Source: Bacteroidales bacterium
Lineage (GTDB): Bacteria > Bacteroidota > Bacteroidia > Bacteroidales > NBLH01
NCBI GenBank assembly: GCA_016937695.1
Contig: JAFGWC010000047.1
Span: 11,529-75,528 of the forward strand
DNA: 64,000 nucleotides
Reading direction: 5' to 3'
Part shown: positions 28,755 through 37,613 of the stretch, piece after piece
Numbering within the stretch: the first letter of the stretch is position 1
How the letters are laid out: every line of letters starts with the position of its first letter
The notes under the pieces: model-generated
Told to the model about the DNA's origin: nothing
Database searches by the model: none
The model's input: only the letters and a program-made list of their open reading frames with translations
Made by a program: the position numbers and the translations under genes

Positions 28755-28995
28755 CATACTAATTTTAAATATTACTGCATAAGTATAAAAATAATCAAAA
28801 AATAATAAAATACAATGCAATTTATAATTGAAATATCAATATTGTTTATTTAATGGATATAATATTATTCATTCATTATATTTTCATGTTAGAATTTTAA
28901 TAAAAACTCATAACTAAACTACATTTATTAAAATATTCTAAATTTATAAAAATTGAATATGCTTTTATTTTTAAAAATTACAAATTACATTATTT

Positions 28996-29787
28996 TTATA
29001 CCGCTTTTCGCCTTTTAATAATTGATGAAAAAATTCTAGGCATACATCTTTTTAAATAAATACCAACCATTTCGGGTCCGCCAATATTTACTTCTTCTTT
29101 CTTGTTTTTAATTGCCTTAATAATTTTTTCAGCTAAAATTTCAGGCAACATTCCATTTTCAGAGTTTTCGTCCATTGAGTTTTGAGCAGTTCCGTCGGCA
29201 GTAATAGCATTTACAGAAACATTGGTTTTAACATATCCCGGACAGATTATTGTAACAAATATATTTTCTTTCCAAACTTCTGCTCTCAAAGAGTCGAAAA
29301 ATCCATGCAAAGCATGTTTTGATGCAGAATAAGCTGAACGTAAAGCTGTTCCTATTTTGCCTGCTACACTGCTTATTACAATTATATGTCCTGTTTTTCT
29401 ACTGAGCATATTTGGAAGCACAGCTTTTGTTAATGCAATGGTTCCAAAATAATTAACATCCATAATTTTTTTATCAATATTTAAATGTGTTTCGCTAACT
29501 AATGAACGCTGACTAATTCCGCCATTATTTATTAAATAATCGATTTTACCGAAAAAGCTAAATGCTTGGTTTGCTTTTTCTTCAATAACATCGTGATTTT
29601 CTAAATCTAGCTGTATAATTCTTATGTTTTCAATATTTTTACAGTTATTTTTAACTCTTTCAAGTTCATCAATTCGCCTTGCTGAAATAATTATTTTAGC
29701 ATTCCTTTTATTAAATTCATATACTAAAGCTTCACCAATTCCTGATGATGCTCCTGTTATCCAAACTACTTTTTCTTTAAATATCAT
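28996..29787 (-). CDS. Short-chain dehydrogenase/reductase (SDR)
   Basis: It has TGASSGIGEA (the TGxxxGxG Rossmann motif), NNGG, and S...YSASK (the YxxxK catalytic motif). Confidence 0.85.
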   Translation of the reverse strand: MIFKEKVVWITGASSGIGEALVYEFNKRNAKIIISARRIDELERVKNNCKNIENIRIIQLDLENHDVIEEKANQAFSFFGKIDYLINNGGISQRSLVSETHLNIDKKIMDVNYFGTIALTKAVLPNMLSRKTGHIIVISSVAGKIGTALRSAYSASKHALHGFFDSLRAEVWKENIFVTIICPGYVKTNVSVNAITADGTAQNSMDENSENGMLPEILAEKIIKAIKNKKEEVNIGGPEMVGIYLKRCMPRIFSSIIKRRKAV

Positions 29788-29849
29788 ATTAATATCCTTA
29801 TATTTTATTACAAATTTTATTTACTAATTGTTACCTAATTAAATATTTA

Positions 29850-30314
29850 TTATAATTTACTAATTGTTATTCCGAATTCCCCAATTCTGGTAACAACCTC
29901 ATTATCAATATTATGTTGTATTTCTATTTTATATTTACCTGTTTTATTAATAATTTGCTTATCGATAAAAACATAATCTATATCCCAATAATCTCCCATT
30001 CCTTCACCCAAATATTTTAAATCCTCAGAAATAATTTGAATACTTATTTCTTTAGTAAAAGTTTGTCCATCAGTGTTTGTAATATTTAAATTTAAATGCA
30101 AATATTTATATGGAAATCCTGTAAAATATCTAATATTAAATATAAACTTATAGCTTAGGTTTGTGCTTGTAATTTCAGGTTCAAAAGTCAAAATTTTAGA
30201 TTTTTCCCATTGATAATTGTCAAACGCATAAACTTCATGAAAAATTTTATTTTTATCACAAGAAAATAATAATAATAAAATTATTATACCTATAAAAACT
30301 CTTGATTTAACCAT
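29850..30314 (-). CDS. gldH: GldH-like gliding-motility/T9SS-associated lipoprotein
   Basis: A ~154-aa protein with lipobox LLFSC. Overall pattern (W.K...L.F.....Y...F..RY...FPY..L.L...) and size match my memory of the GldH family. No alignment was possible. Confidence 0.5.
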   Translation of the reverse strand: MVKSRVFIGIIILLLLFSCDKNKIFHEVYAFDNYQWEKSKILTFEPEITSTNLSYKFIFNIRYFTGFPYKYLHLNLNITNTDGQTFTKEISIQIISEDLKYLGEGMGDYWDIDYVFIDKQIINKTGKYKIEIQHNIDNEVVTRIGEFGITISKL

Positions 30315-30323
30315 ATTTCACAT

Positions 30324-31433
30324 TTATATTTTTTCTATTAATTTTATTTGAAATAGTTTAGGCCAATATTTTCCTGTTACAAATAATCTATCTCCCTTTT
30401 TATCATAGGCAATTCCATTTAAAACATCGGTTGATTTTTCATAATCTTTTTGAGGGAGAATTCCGCTTAAATCTATATATGCTTTAACTTTTCCTGTTTT
30501 GGCTTCAATAATTGCAATTTTGTTTGTAGTATAAATATTTGCATATATTTCACCATTTATATATTCAAGCTCATTTAAACTTTTTACAAATGTCTTATTA
30601 TCATATACTTCCAACTTATCAACCTGCGAATATGATTCTGTGTCTAAAAAATAAAGTTTATTTGTTCCATCGCTCATTATCAGATTATTTTCGTTGTCTG
30701 TTAAGCCCCAACCTTCTGTTTGATAATTAAACTTCATTAAAAGTTTAAAACTTTCTTTATCATAAATAAAACCTGTATACGACTGCCAGCTAAGTTGAAT
30801 AATTTTATCTTTAAAAATAGTAATTCCTTCACCAAAAATTTCAGGAGCTATTGTAAAAGACTGTATAACATCTCCACTTGCTAATTGTACTTTTCGCAAA
30901 GTAGATTCTCCTCTTTGTCCTGTTGCTTCGTATAAAAATCCGTCTAAATAAACTAATCCTTGCGTATATGCAGCTCTATCATGGTTAAAGGTATTTATAA
31001 CTTTGTACGAATATTCTTTTGGAATTATATCAGAAAGCATTGTAACAGATAATTTACTGGTTGAGTTTCCTGTTTTATAAAACGTTCTCACTTTAAAATC
31101 TATTCTGCCAACTCGCGAATCAATTGAATTCCAATCTATTACAGCCGGCAGTTCGTTTTTTGTTTCAATTAAATTATTATTTACATAAAACTTAACAGAA
31201 TCAATTTCAATAGTATCCTTATTTTCGATTGAAAACTTTAGGATTTCGCCTATTTTATGTTTATCACTTTTATTTTCGTTTAATATTTTAAATTCAATAT
31301 TTAATTCGTCTGCATTGCTTTTACTATTTACATTCTCAACTAAATTTGAATTTGTGTCTTTATTACTTTTATTGTTACTGCATGAAACAATAAAAAATAT
31401 CAAAACAACTAAAATGTATATTAATCTTCTCAT
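30324..31433 (-). CDS. Glutaminyl-peptide cyclotransferase (beta-propeller, plant/bacterial type) lipoprotein with an extra N-terminal Ig-like module
   Basis: Lipobox IVSCS. The motifs YTQGLVY.DG.LYE.TG..G.S.LR, FGEGIT, EGWGLT, MSDG...L.F.D and LNELEY..G..YAN are as in glutamine cyclotransferase propellers. Confidence 0.8.
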   Translation of the reverse strand: MRRLIYILVVLIFFIVSCSNNKSNKDTNSNLVENVNSKSNADELNIEFKILNENKSDKHKIGEILKFSIENKDTIEIDSVKFYVNNNLIETKNELPAVIDWNSIDSRVGRIDFKVRTFYKTGNSTSKLSVTMLSDIIPKEYSYKVINTFNHDRAAYTQGLVYLDGFLYEATGQRGESTLRKVQLASGDVIQSFTIAPEIFGEGITIFKDKIIQLSWQSYTGFIYDKESFKLLMKFNYQTEGWGLTDNENNLIMSDGTNKLYFLDTESYSQVDKLEVYDNKTFVKSLNELEYINGEIYANIYTTNKIAIIEAKTGKVKAYIDLSGILPQKDYEKSTDVLNGIAYDKKGDRLFVTGKYWPKLFQIKLIEKI

Positions 31434-31443
31434 AACTATATAT

Positions 31444-31944
31444 TTATAAATTCTGCAAATCTTTAGGTTTAATTAGCCATTCTAAACTTCCTGTTCCAAA
31501 TTTTAGTTTAGACCATTTTTTAATATCAAAATTAATAGACGCAATAGCTGCTGTTGACATAACAATATATGGTCTGTTGTTTATTAAATAAGAAACTAAA
31601 CTTTCCATTGTAGGATTATGTCCCACTATCATAATTCTGCTAAATTTATCATCAACAGATTTCACAAATTCAACAATATCATCAATATAGCCGGAATAAA
31701 AATTTCTTTCGAAAATAATATCATTTTCAATTCCTATTTTTTTTGCAAATAATTGAGCTGTAGATTTAGCTCTATTAGCAGGCGATGAAATAATAATTTG
31801 AGGTAATTTGTCTAATCTAATTATTTCTTCAGCCATAAGAGGCGCAGCTTTATTTCCTCTATCGTTTAAAGGTCTGTCAAAATCCGACAGGTTTGAATTC
31901 TCCCAATCAGATTTTGCATGTCGCATTATTAATAAATTTTTCAT
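31444..31944 (-). CDS. sixA: SixA-type phosphohistidine phosphatase (histidine phosphatase superfamily)
   Basis: It has LIMRHAKS (the RHG/RHA motif), is ~166 aa, and has VGHNP near the C-terminal third. Confidence 0.75.
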   Translation of the reverse strand: MKNLLIMRHAKSDWENSNLSDFDRPLNDRGNKAAPLMAEEIIRLDKLPQIIISSPANRAKSTAQLFAKKIGIENDIIFERNFYSGYIDDIVEFVKSVDDKFSRIMIVGHNPTMESLVSYLINNRPYIVMSTAAIASINFDIKKWSKLKFGTGSLEWLIKPKDLQNL

Positions 31945-32238
31945 GATTTTAGTGTTTGTATATTACTGATTATCAACAATTAAATAAATTTGCAGAAAAC
32001 TATTATATGATTATGAGCAATTTTAGTTTTATTTTTTAAAATTAATCTGCAAAATTAGAAAAAATCAAATACTTATCCATAAAAAGGAAAAAATAGTATT
32101 TTTAATTGATTTTTTTTAAAGAATTAATAATTTTTAATTATATTTTGTGTTATAATTAAATCAGTGTAGTTTTACATATTAATTAAATATGTAAAGATAC
32201 TATTGTCTTTTTTAAGTAATTATATTTAAACATTCAAT

Positions 32239-33780
32239 ATGCTAAAAATAATTATTAAAAATATTTTTTTTATAATTCTGATAAATAATTACAGTTTTCA
32301 ATTATCTGCAAATAAGATAGTTATATCAAATGTTTCAATTGAAGGCAATAATTTAAATGAAAAATATACATTTATAAAACTTGATGTTAATGGCGAAAAC
32401 GCTTGGCATTCTTCAATAAATGCACAAAATTGGAACTCTATATGGTTATTTGCAAAATATAGAGTAAATAATGGCAATTGGCAACATGCTTTGCTTAGTA
32501 AAATTGATTCTGAACATATAAACTCTAATGGTTTAATAACTGATGCTCAACAAGATGGCACTGGAGTTTTTATTTATTATTCAACAGCAGGCGATGTTAA
32601 TTTTAATACTTATAATATTACCGATTTAAAGTTAAGATGGAATTACGGAGAAAACGGATTAAACGGTGATGAAACAGATATTGACATACAAGTATTTGGT
32701 ATTGAAATGATTTACATACCACAAAACAGTTTTTATATAGGCTCAGGAGGAAATGAAAATAATCATTTTTACACTTATCCAAATTCAAACACTCCATATC
32801 AAATTACTAATGAAAATGAAATAAATGTTGGAACAAATTCTGGAAATTTATATTACAATAGCAATGATGGGCCTTTTAATGAAGGCGGCGATCAATCAGG
32901 ACCAATTCCACAAGAATTTCCTAAAGGATATAATGCATTTTACATAATGAAATACGAAATCAGCCAAGAACAATATGTTGATTTTTTAAATACATTAACT
33001 AGGACAGAACAAGAAGAAAGAGTAAACATCAGTTTCACATACGTTTTAAGTTCAACAAACGGAATGCAAAACAGAAACGGAATAAAAAGTCTTTCTCTTG
33101 GAGCAGTTGACGATCCTTTATTTTTTTATTGCGATTATACATCAGGAACACAAAACGATATAAACGATGGACAAAATATTGCATGCAATTTTTTAAGCTG
33201 GGATGATGGTTTAGCATATCTTGATTGGTCTGGTTTACGCCCAATGACAGAACTTGAATTTGAAAAAGCATGCAGAGGAACACTTGACCCGGTTTCAAAC
33301 GAATACGCATGGGGATCATTAGATTTAACAATTGTTAGTTCAACAATAAACAATAATGGCGAAACAAGCGAAGTAGTTGATAATCAAGGAAATGGACTTT
33401 GCAATTTTGATATTGATGACGAAGGCGGAATAGATGCACCAATTAACGCACCATTAAGATGCGGATATGCAGCAACAAGTTCAACAAACAGAATACAGTC
33501 AGGCAGTTCTTATTATGGTGTTATGGAATTATCAGGAAATCTTTCAGAACATTGTGTTTCTGTTGGAAGTTCAGCTGGAAGAACATTTACAGGAAATAAT
33601 GGTGATGGAAATATCTCAACATCAACAAATTGGCCAAATTTTCATGCTTCCGGTGGCAGAGGCGGTAATTTTACAAGAGATTATACAAGACTTCAAATTT
33701 CTGACAGAAGTAGAGCAACAATAGCTAGCAATAATAAATTTTCAAATGCCGGATGGCGAGGAGTTAGAAATGCAGAATAA
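32239..33780 (+). CDS. Exported FGE-sulfatase (SUMF1/GldJ/GldK-like fold) domain protein with a distinct N-terminal domain
   Basis: It has a signal peptide and the motifs FYIMKYEISQEQYVDFLN, SWDDGLAYLDWSGLRPMTELEFEKACRG, YGVMELSGNLSEHC and the C-terminal GWRGVR, all typical of the FGE-sulfatase fold. Confidence 0.7.
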   Translation: MLKIIIKNIFFIILINNYSFQLSANKIVISNVSIEGNNLNEKYTFIKLDVNGENAWHSSINAQNWNSIWLFAKYRVNNGNWQHALLSKIDSEHINSNGLITDAQQDGTGVFIYYSTAGDVNFNTYNITDLKLRWNYGENGLNGDETDIDIQVFGIEMIYIPQNSFYIGSGGNENNHFYTYPNSNTPYQITNENEINVGTNSGNLYYNSNDGPFNEGGDQSGPIPQEFPKGYNAFYIMKYEISQEQYVDFLNTLTRTEQEERVNISFTYVLSSTNGMQNRNGIKSLSLGAVDDPLFFYCDYTSGTQNDINDGQNIACNFLSWDDGLAYLDWSGLRPMTELEFEKACRGTLDPVSNEYAWGSLDLTIVSSTINNNGETSEVVDNQGNGLCNFDIDDEGGIDAPINAPLRCGYAATSSTNRIQSGSSYYGVMELSGNLSEHCVSVGSSAGRTFTGNNGDGNISTSTNWPNFHASGGRGGNFTRDYTRLQISDRSRATIASNNKFSNAGWRGVRNAE

Positions 33781-33808
33781 TATCTTTTTGAGCTAAAATA
33801 TTGAAAAT

Positions 33809-35848
33809 ATGAGTTTTAAATATAAAGAAATAAAAAATATATTCATTTTAATGATTTTGCATTCTGTATTTATTTTTTTTAATACAGAATTAGCTCAAAG
33901 TCAATTTTATTTTGGTGGAGATGGCGATGGACATTCGAAAGAAACTGCCGATAATGTTAATTTTTCAACAATATCAGAATCGATTAATGTGCTTAGTGTT
34001 AGCTCTTTAAATAACAATAATACATACGGAATAGGTGAAATAATAAGAATAACAGTAACATTTTCTGGAAACGTAACAGTAACTGGAAATCCGAGAATTT
34101 TACTAGAAACAGGCTCAAATGATCGTTATGCAACATACAATTCAGGAAGCGAAAGCTCAATTTTAATATTTACTTATACAATCCTTCAAGGAGATATTAG
34201 TTCAGATTTAGATTACAATAATATAAACTCAATTGATTTAAACGGCGGTTCTATAATTGATGAAAATGGATTATATGCATGTTTAACATTAGCAGAACCA
34301 GGTACAACTAATTCATTATCAGCAAATAAAGACATTGTTATTGATGGAATAAAACCAATAGCAACAATAGATTTAAATCCGCTTCAAAATTCAATTACAA
34401 ATACATCGCCAATAAAATTCAGAATAACATTTAGCGAAAATGTAACAGATTTTGATGAAAATGATGTGAACTTATCAGGAACTGCAAATCCACAAAATGT
34501 AAATATAACAGATTTAAATCAAAGAGAATTTATTGCAGAAATAAGCGGAATGTTAAATGACGGAACAGTTGTTATAAACGTTCCTGCTGATATTTGTCTT
34601 GACAGAACTGCAGGAAATAATAATGGAACAAGCATAATAACACACAATACCGTAGTTTACGACACAAATAAACCGGAAGTTGATATAACTTTAGACGCAA
34701 CACAATCCACGCCATCGAATAGCACAGTTATTAATTTTAATGCTAATTTTTCTGAAACAGTTAATAATTTTGACAATAGTTCAGTTGAATTATCAGGAAC
34801 TGCAAATCCAACAACAGTAGATGTTAGAGGCGGACCTTTAAACTACACAATTGAAGTAAGTGGAATGACAAACGACGGAACAGTTTTAATTAATATTCCT
34901 GCCGATCAATTAACAGATAATGCAGGAAATTTAAATTTAGCATCAAATAATATTCAAAATCAAGTAATTTACGACACAGAAAAGCCTGAAATAACTATTA
35001 GTTCTACAGAAACAAGCCCAACAAGCCTAGTTTTAATACCATTTTCTGTTGATTTTACTGAAGAAGTAACAAATTTTGATATAAATGATATTGAAATTAC
35101 AAATGGCAGTATTGATAATTTAAATTCAGTAATTTCAAATAAAAAATGGACAGGCGAAATAACACCAATATCAGAAGGAATAATTAGTTTGCAAATATCT
35201 GATAATAAAGCATTTGACTTAGCAACAAATGGAAATATCGCCTCAAATATATTTGAAATTGAATATCTAAATTTTAACAATGCACCAGAAATTCTAAATC
35301 AAACTTTTTATATTAACGAAGATATTGAAAATGGTTTTATAGTTGGTAATATTATTGCTAATGATATTGATGGCGATGATATATTATTTAATATAAAATC
35401 AGGCAATATTGACAATATTTTTGATATTGATACTTATAGTGGAGAAATATCTGTAATTAACTCTGAATCAATAAATTACAACATTACTGCAAAATATGAA
35501 TTAACAATTGAAGTTGAAGATAACAATTCAAACAGTAAAAAGTCGGAAGCATTAATAACAATAAATATAATTGATGTTGAAGATAATTTTGAAGCAAATA
35601 ATGTTTTTACACCAAACAGCGAAAAAAATAGACTTTGGAAAATAAAAGATGTAGAAAAATATACTGATTTTGAATTAATAATCAGAAATAATTCAGGAAT
35701 TATTGTTTATAAAACAAAAGCTTATAAAAATGATTGGAACGGTACTTATAACAATAAACCTTTACCAACCGGAACGTATTACTATATTTTATCAAATTTA
35801 ATAACAAAAAAAACATATTCGGGTTTTATTAATTTAATAAATGAATAA
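33809..35848 (+). CDS. Surface adhesin-like protein: tandem Ig-like domains, a cadherin-like repeat and a type-B T9SS C-terminal domain (CHU_C / gliding-associated CTD)
   Basis: The signal peptide ends LA|QS. Three ~105-aa repeats carry (F/V)(T/N)(D/N)FD..(D/S)(V/I)(N/E)L(S/T)G(T/S) motifs. The cadherin-like NNAPE...ANDIDGDD...IDVEDN is followed by the C-terminal NVFTPN....N..W.I......F.L.I.N..G..VY.......WNG......LP.GTYYY. Confidence 0.8.
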   Translation: MSFKYKEIKNIFILMILHSVFIFFNTELAQSQFYFGGDGDGHSKETADNVNFSTISESINVLSVSSLNNNNTYGIGEIIRITVTFSGNVTVTGNPRILLETGSNDRYATYNSGSESSILIFTYTILQGDISSDLDYNNINSIDLNGGSIIDENGLYACLTLAEPGTTNSLSANKDIVIDGIKPIATIDLNPLQNSITNTSPIKFRITFSENVTDFDENDVNLSGTANPQNVNITDLNQREFIAEISGMLNDGTVVINVPADICLDRTAGNNNGTSIITHNTVVYDTNKPEVDITLDATQSTPSNSTVINFNANFSETVNNFDNSSVELSGTANPTTVDVRGGPLNYTIEVSGMTNDGTVLINIPADQLTDNAGNLNLASNNIQNQVIYDTEKPEITISSTETSPTSLVLIPFSVDFTEEVTNFDINDIEITNGSIDNLNSVISNKKWTGEITPISEGIISLQISDNKAFDLATNGNIASNIFEIEYLNFNNAPEILNQTFYINEDIENGFIVGNIIANDIDGDDILFNIKSGNIDNIFDIDTYSGEISVINSESINYNITAKYELTIEVEDNNSNSKKSEALITINIIDVEDNFEANNVFTPNSEKNRLWKIKDVEKYTDFELIIRNNSGIIVYKTKAYKNDWNGTYNNKPLPTGTYYYILSNLITKKTYSGFINLINE

Positions 35849-37484
35849 AATTATATTTAATAAAAATAGAACTATTATAAAAATATTAAAAAATATTTTT
35901 GTATTTATTATCATTACTTTTTACAGTAATATTGTCATTTCGCAAACAATATTAAACAGCAATTTGTATTTTATTAATAAATATCAACTAAATCCGGCTT
36001 ATACAGGTTCAGAAGGTTCGCTATATTCTTTTTTAAATTATAGAAATACAAGCTCTTTTGTTGAAGGAGCTCCTGTTTTTTTCAGCTTATCGTTACACTC
36101 TCCTTTTTTTGATAATATGGGCGCAGGATTAAGATTTTCAAATACAAAAGAAGGCTTATTTAACAATACTAATGCTTTTATAGATTATAGATATAAAGTT
36201 AATTTTAAAGCCCAACAAAGTATCAGTTTTGGAATATCTGCAGGTTTGGAATCGAACAAAATGGATTATGGATTAATAATAGCTGAAAACCAAGCTGCTA
36301 TTATTGATGTTGCTTCAAAAAATTATGTAGGAACAAATTTTGAAACTTCGGCCGGCATTTCTTATAAATTTAAAAATTTAGATTTAGGATTTTCTATTCC
36401 ACAACTATTTGAGAATAAGAATATTATTGGTCTTTCTTATGTAACAATTGCCAATTATAATTATCAATTAAAAAATAATAATATTGAACTAAAACCATCT
36501 TTATTATTTGTAAAAAATCCAAAATCATTAGTTTTATACGATATAAATCTACAAACAATTTGGAAAAAACAATATTGGCTTGGAATTTCGTATAAAAACA
36601 GGCCAGGTTTTGTTTTTTCGGCAGGATTAAGTTTTATAAATTTAAACATTGGATATGCAATTGAAATTGGAACCGAAAAATATTCAAACATTTTTAATCA
36701 AATTCATGAAATAAGCATTGCTTATAATTTTAAAAAAAAGATAAAATCGCCAAATGATAGCCTTTTTGTAAATAATAATTTATTAATAATCAAGAATACA
36801 ATCTCAATAAAAAAAGACAGTTCTGCAAAATCAGAAAAAAATATTACCAAAAGCATAAATAATACAGATTCAACAACAATAAAATCAGTAGAAAATATTA
36901 TTATAAACAAATCTGAAAATACCGACGATATTAATAAAACTAAATTTAAAGAAACAGGTAACGGAGTTTATATACTTCACAATTCGGTAAGCGATACAAA
37001 TAATTTTGAAAATCAATCAGTTGATAGTCTTGTAATTAATTCAATGCTTGATGATATTGAAAATAAAAAAACGAATAATTTAAAAGAAAATTTAGATACA
37101 CTTGAATATGTTGAAGTAGGAAACGGAATTTACAGAATAAAAAACAATAAAACCAATCAATATATTGATTTTAAAAACGATAGCATAAGCGAAGAAATAT
37201 TAAATTCTGTAATTTTTGAAGAAAAATCTAATAAAACTCAAAAAAAGCAAGCAACAAATAAAATTCAATATACATTAAAAATACATATTGATAATTCAAA
37301 TCAAGTAATTTTGTACGAACCGAAAATATCAGAAAAAATACATCCGAAAATAAATAAAGAAGGAAAAATAGATTACTATTACGGAAAATATAATAATATC
37401 GAAGAAGCAAAAAAACAAATTGAAATTCTGAAAAAATCGGGTATTAAAAATGCCGAAATTGAAACAATTAATCCAAATAAATAA
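35841..37484 (+). CDS. PorP/SprF-family T9SS outer-membrane protein fused to a long low-complexity linker and a C-terminal SPOR-like domain
   Basis: The start overlaps the adhesin stop (ATGAATAA). The N-terminal ~300 aa carry the PorP/SprF hallmark (YQLNPAYTGSEG..., beta-strand pattern). The last ~70 aa, YTLKIHI...IDYYYGKYNNIEEAKKQIEILKKSGIKNAEI, fit the SPOR beta-alpha-beta-beta-alpha-beta pattern. Confidence 0.7.
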   Translation: MNKIIFNKNRTIIKILKNIFVFIIITFYSNIVISQTILNSNLYFINKYQLNPAYTGSEGSLYSFLNYRNTSSFVEGAPVFFSLSLHSPFFDNMGAGLRFSNTKEGLFNNTNAFIDYRYKVNFKAQQSISFGISAGLESNKMDYGLIIAENQAAIIDVASKNYVGTNFETSAGISYKFKNLDLGFSIPQLFENKNIIGLSYVTIANYNYQLKNNNIELKPSLLFVKNPKSLVLYDINLQTIWKKQYWLGISYKNRPGFVFSAGLSFINLNIGYAIEIGTEKYSNIFNQIHEISIAYNFKKKIKSPNDSLFVNNNLLIIKNTISIKKDSSAKSEKNITKSINNTDSTTIKSVENIIINKSENTDDINKTKFKETGNGVYILHNSVSDTNNFENQSVDSLVINSMLDDIENKKTNNLKENLDTLEYVEVGNGIYRIKNNKTNQYIDFKNDSISEEILNSVIFEEKSNKTQKKQATNKIQYTLKIHIDNSNQVILYEPKISEKIHPKINKEGKIDYYYGKYNNIEEAKKQIEILKKSGIKNAEIETINPNK

Positions 37485-37613
37485 AATTAAAACTGTAAAT
37501 TAATATAGTCAAAATTTATCACAAATTTTAAATTCTTAATTTTTAAATTATCTTTGTTAGCATAATAAATCAGTTTAGATTTTGTATCTTACTATTAATT
37601 TTCTTTACACAAT

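Noticed and set aside
31462-31510. A TTTAGGTTTAATTAG motif followed by a CTAAACT/AGTTTAG hairpin and a T-run on the plus strand, resembling the terminator-proximal module.
   Set aside because: It lies inside the sixA coding sequence on the opposite strand. It lacks the 2-nt spacer of the other copies and has nothing to terminate. It is most likely chance similarity in AT-rich DNA.
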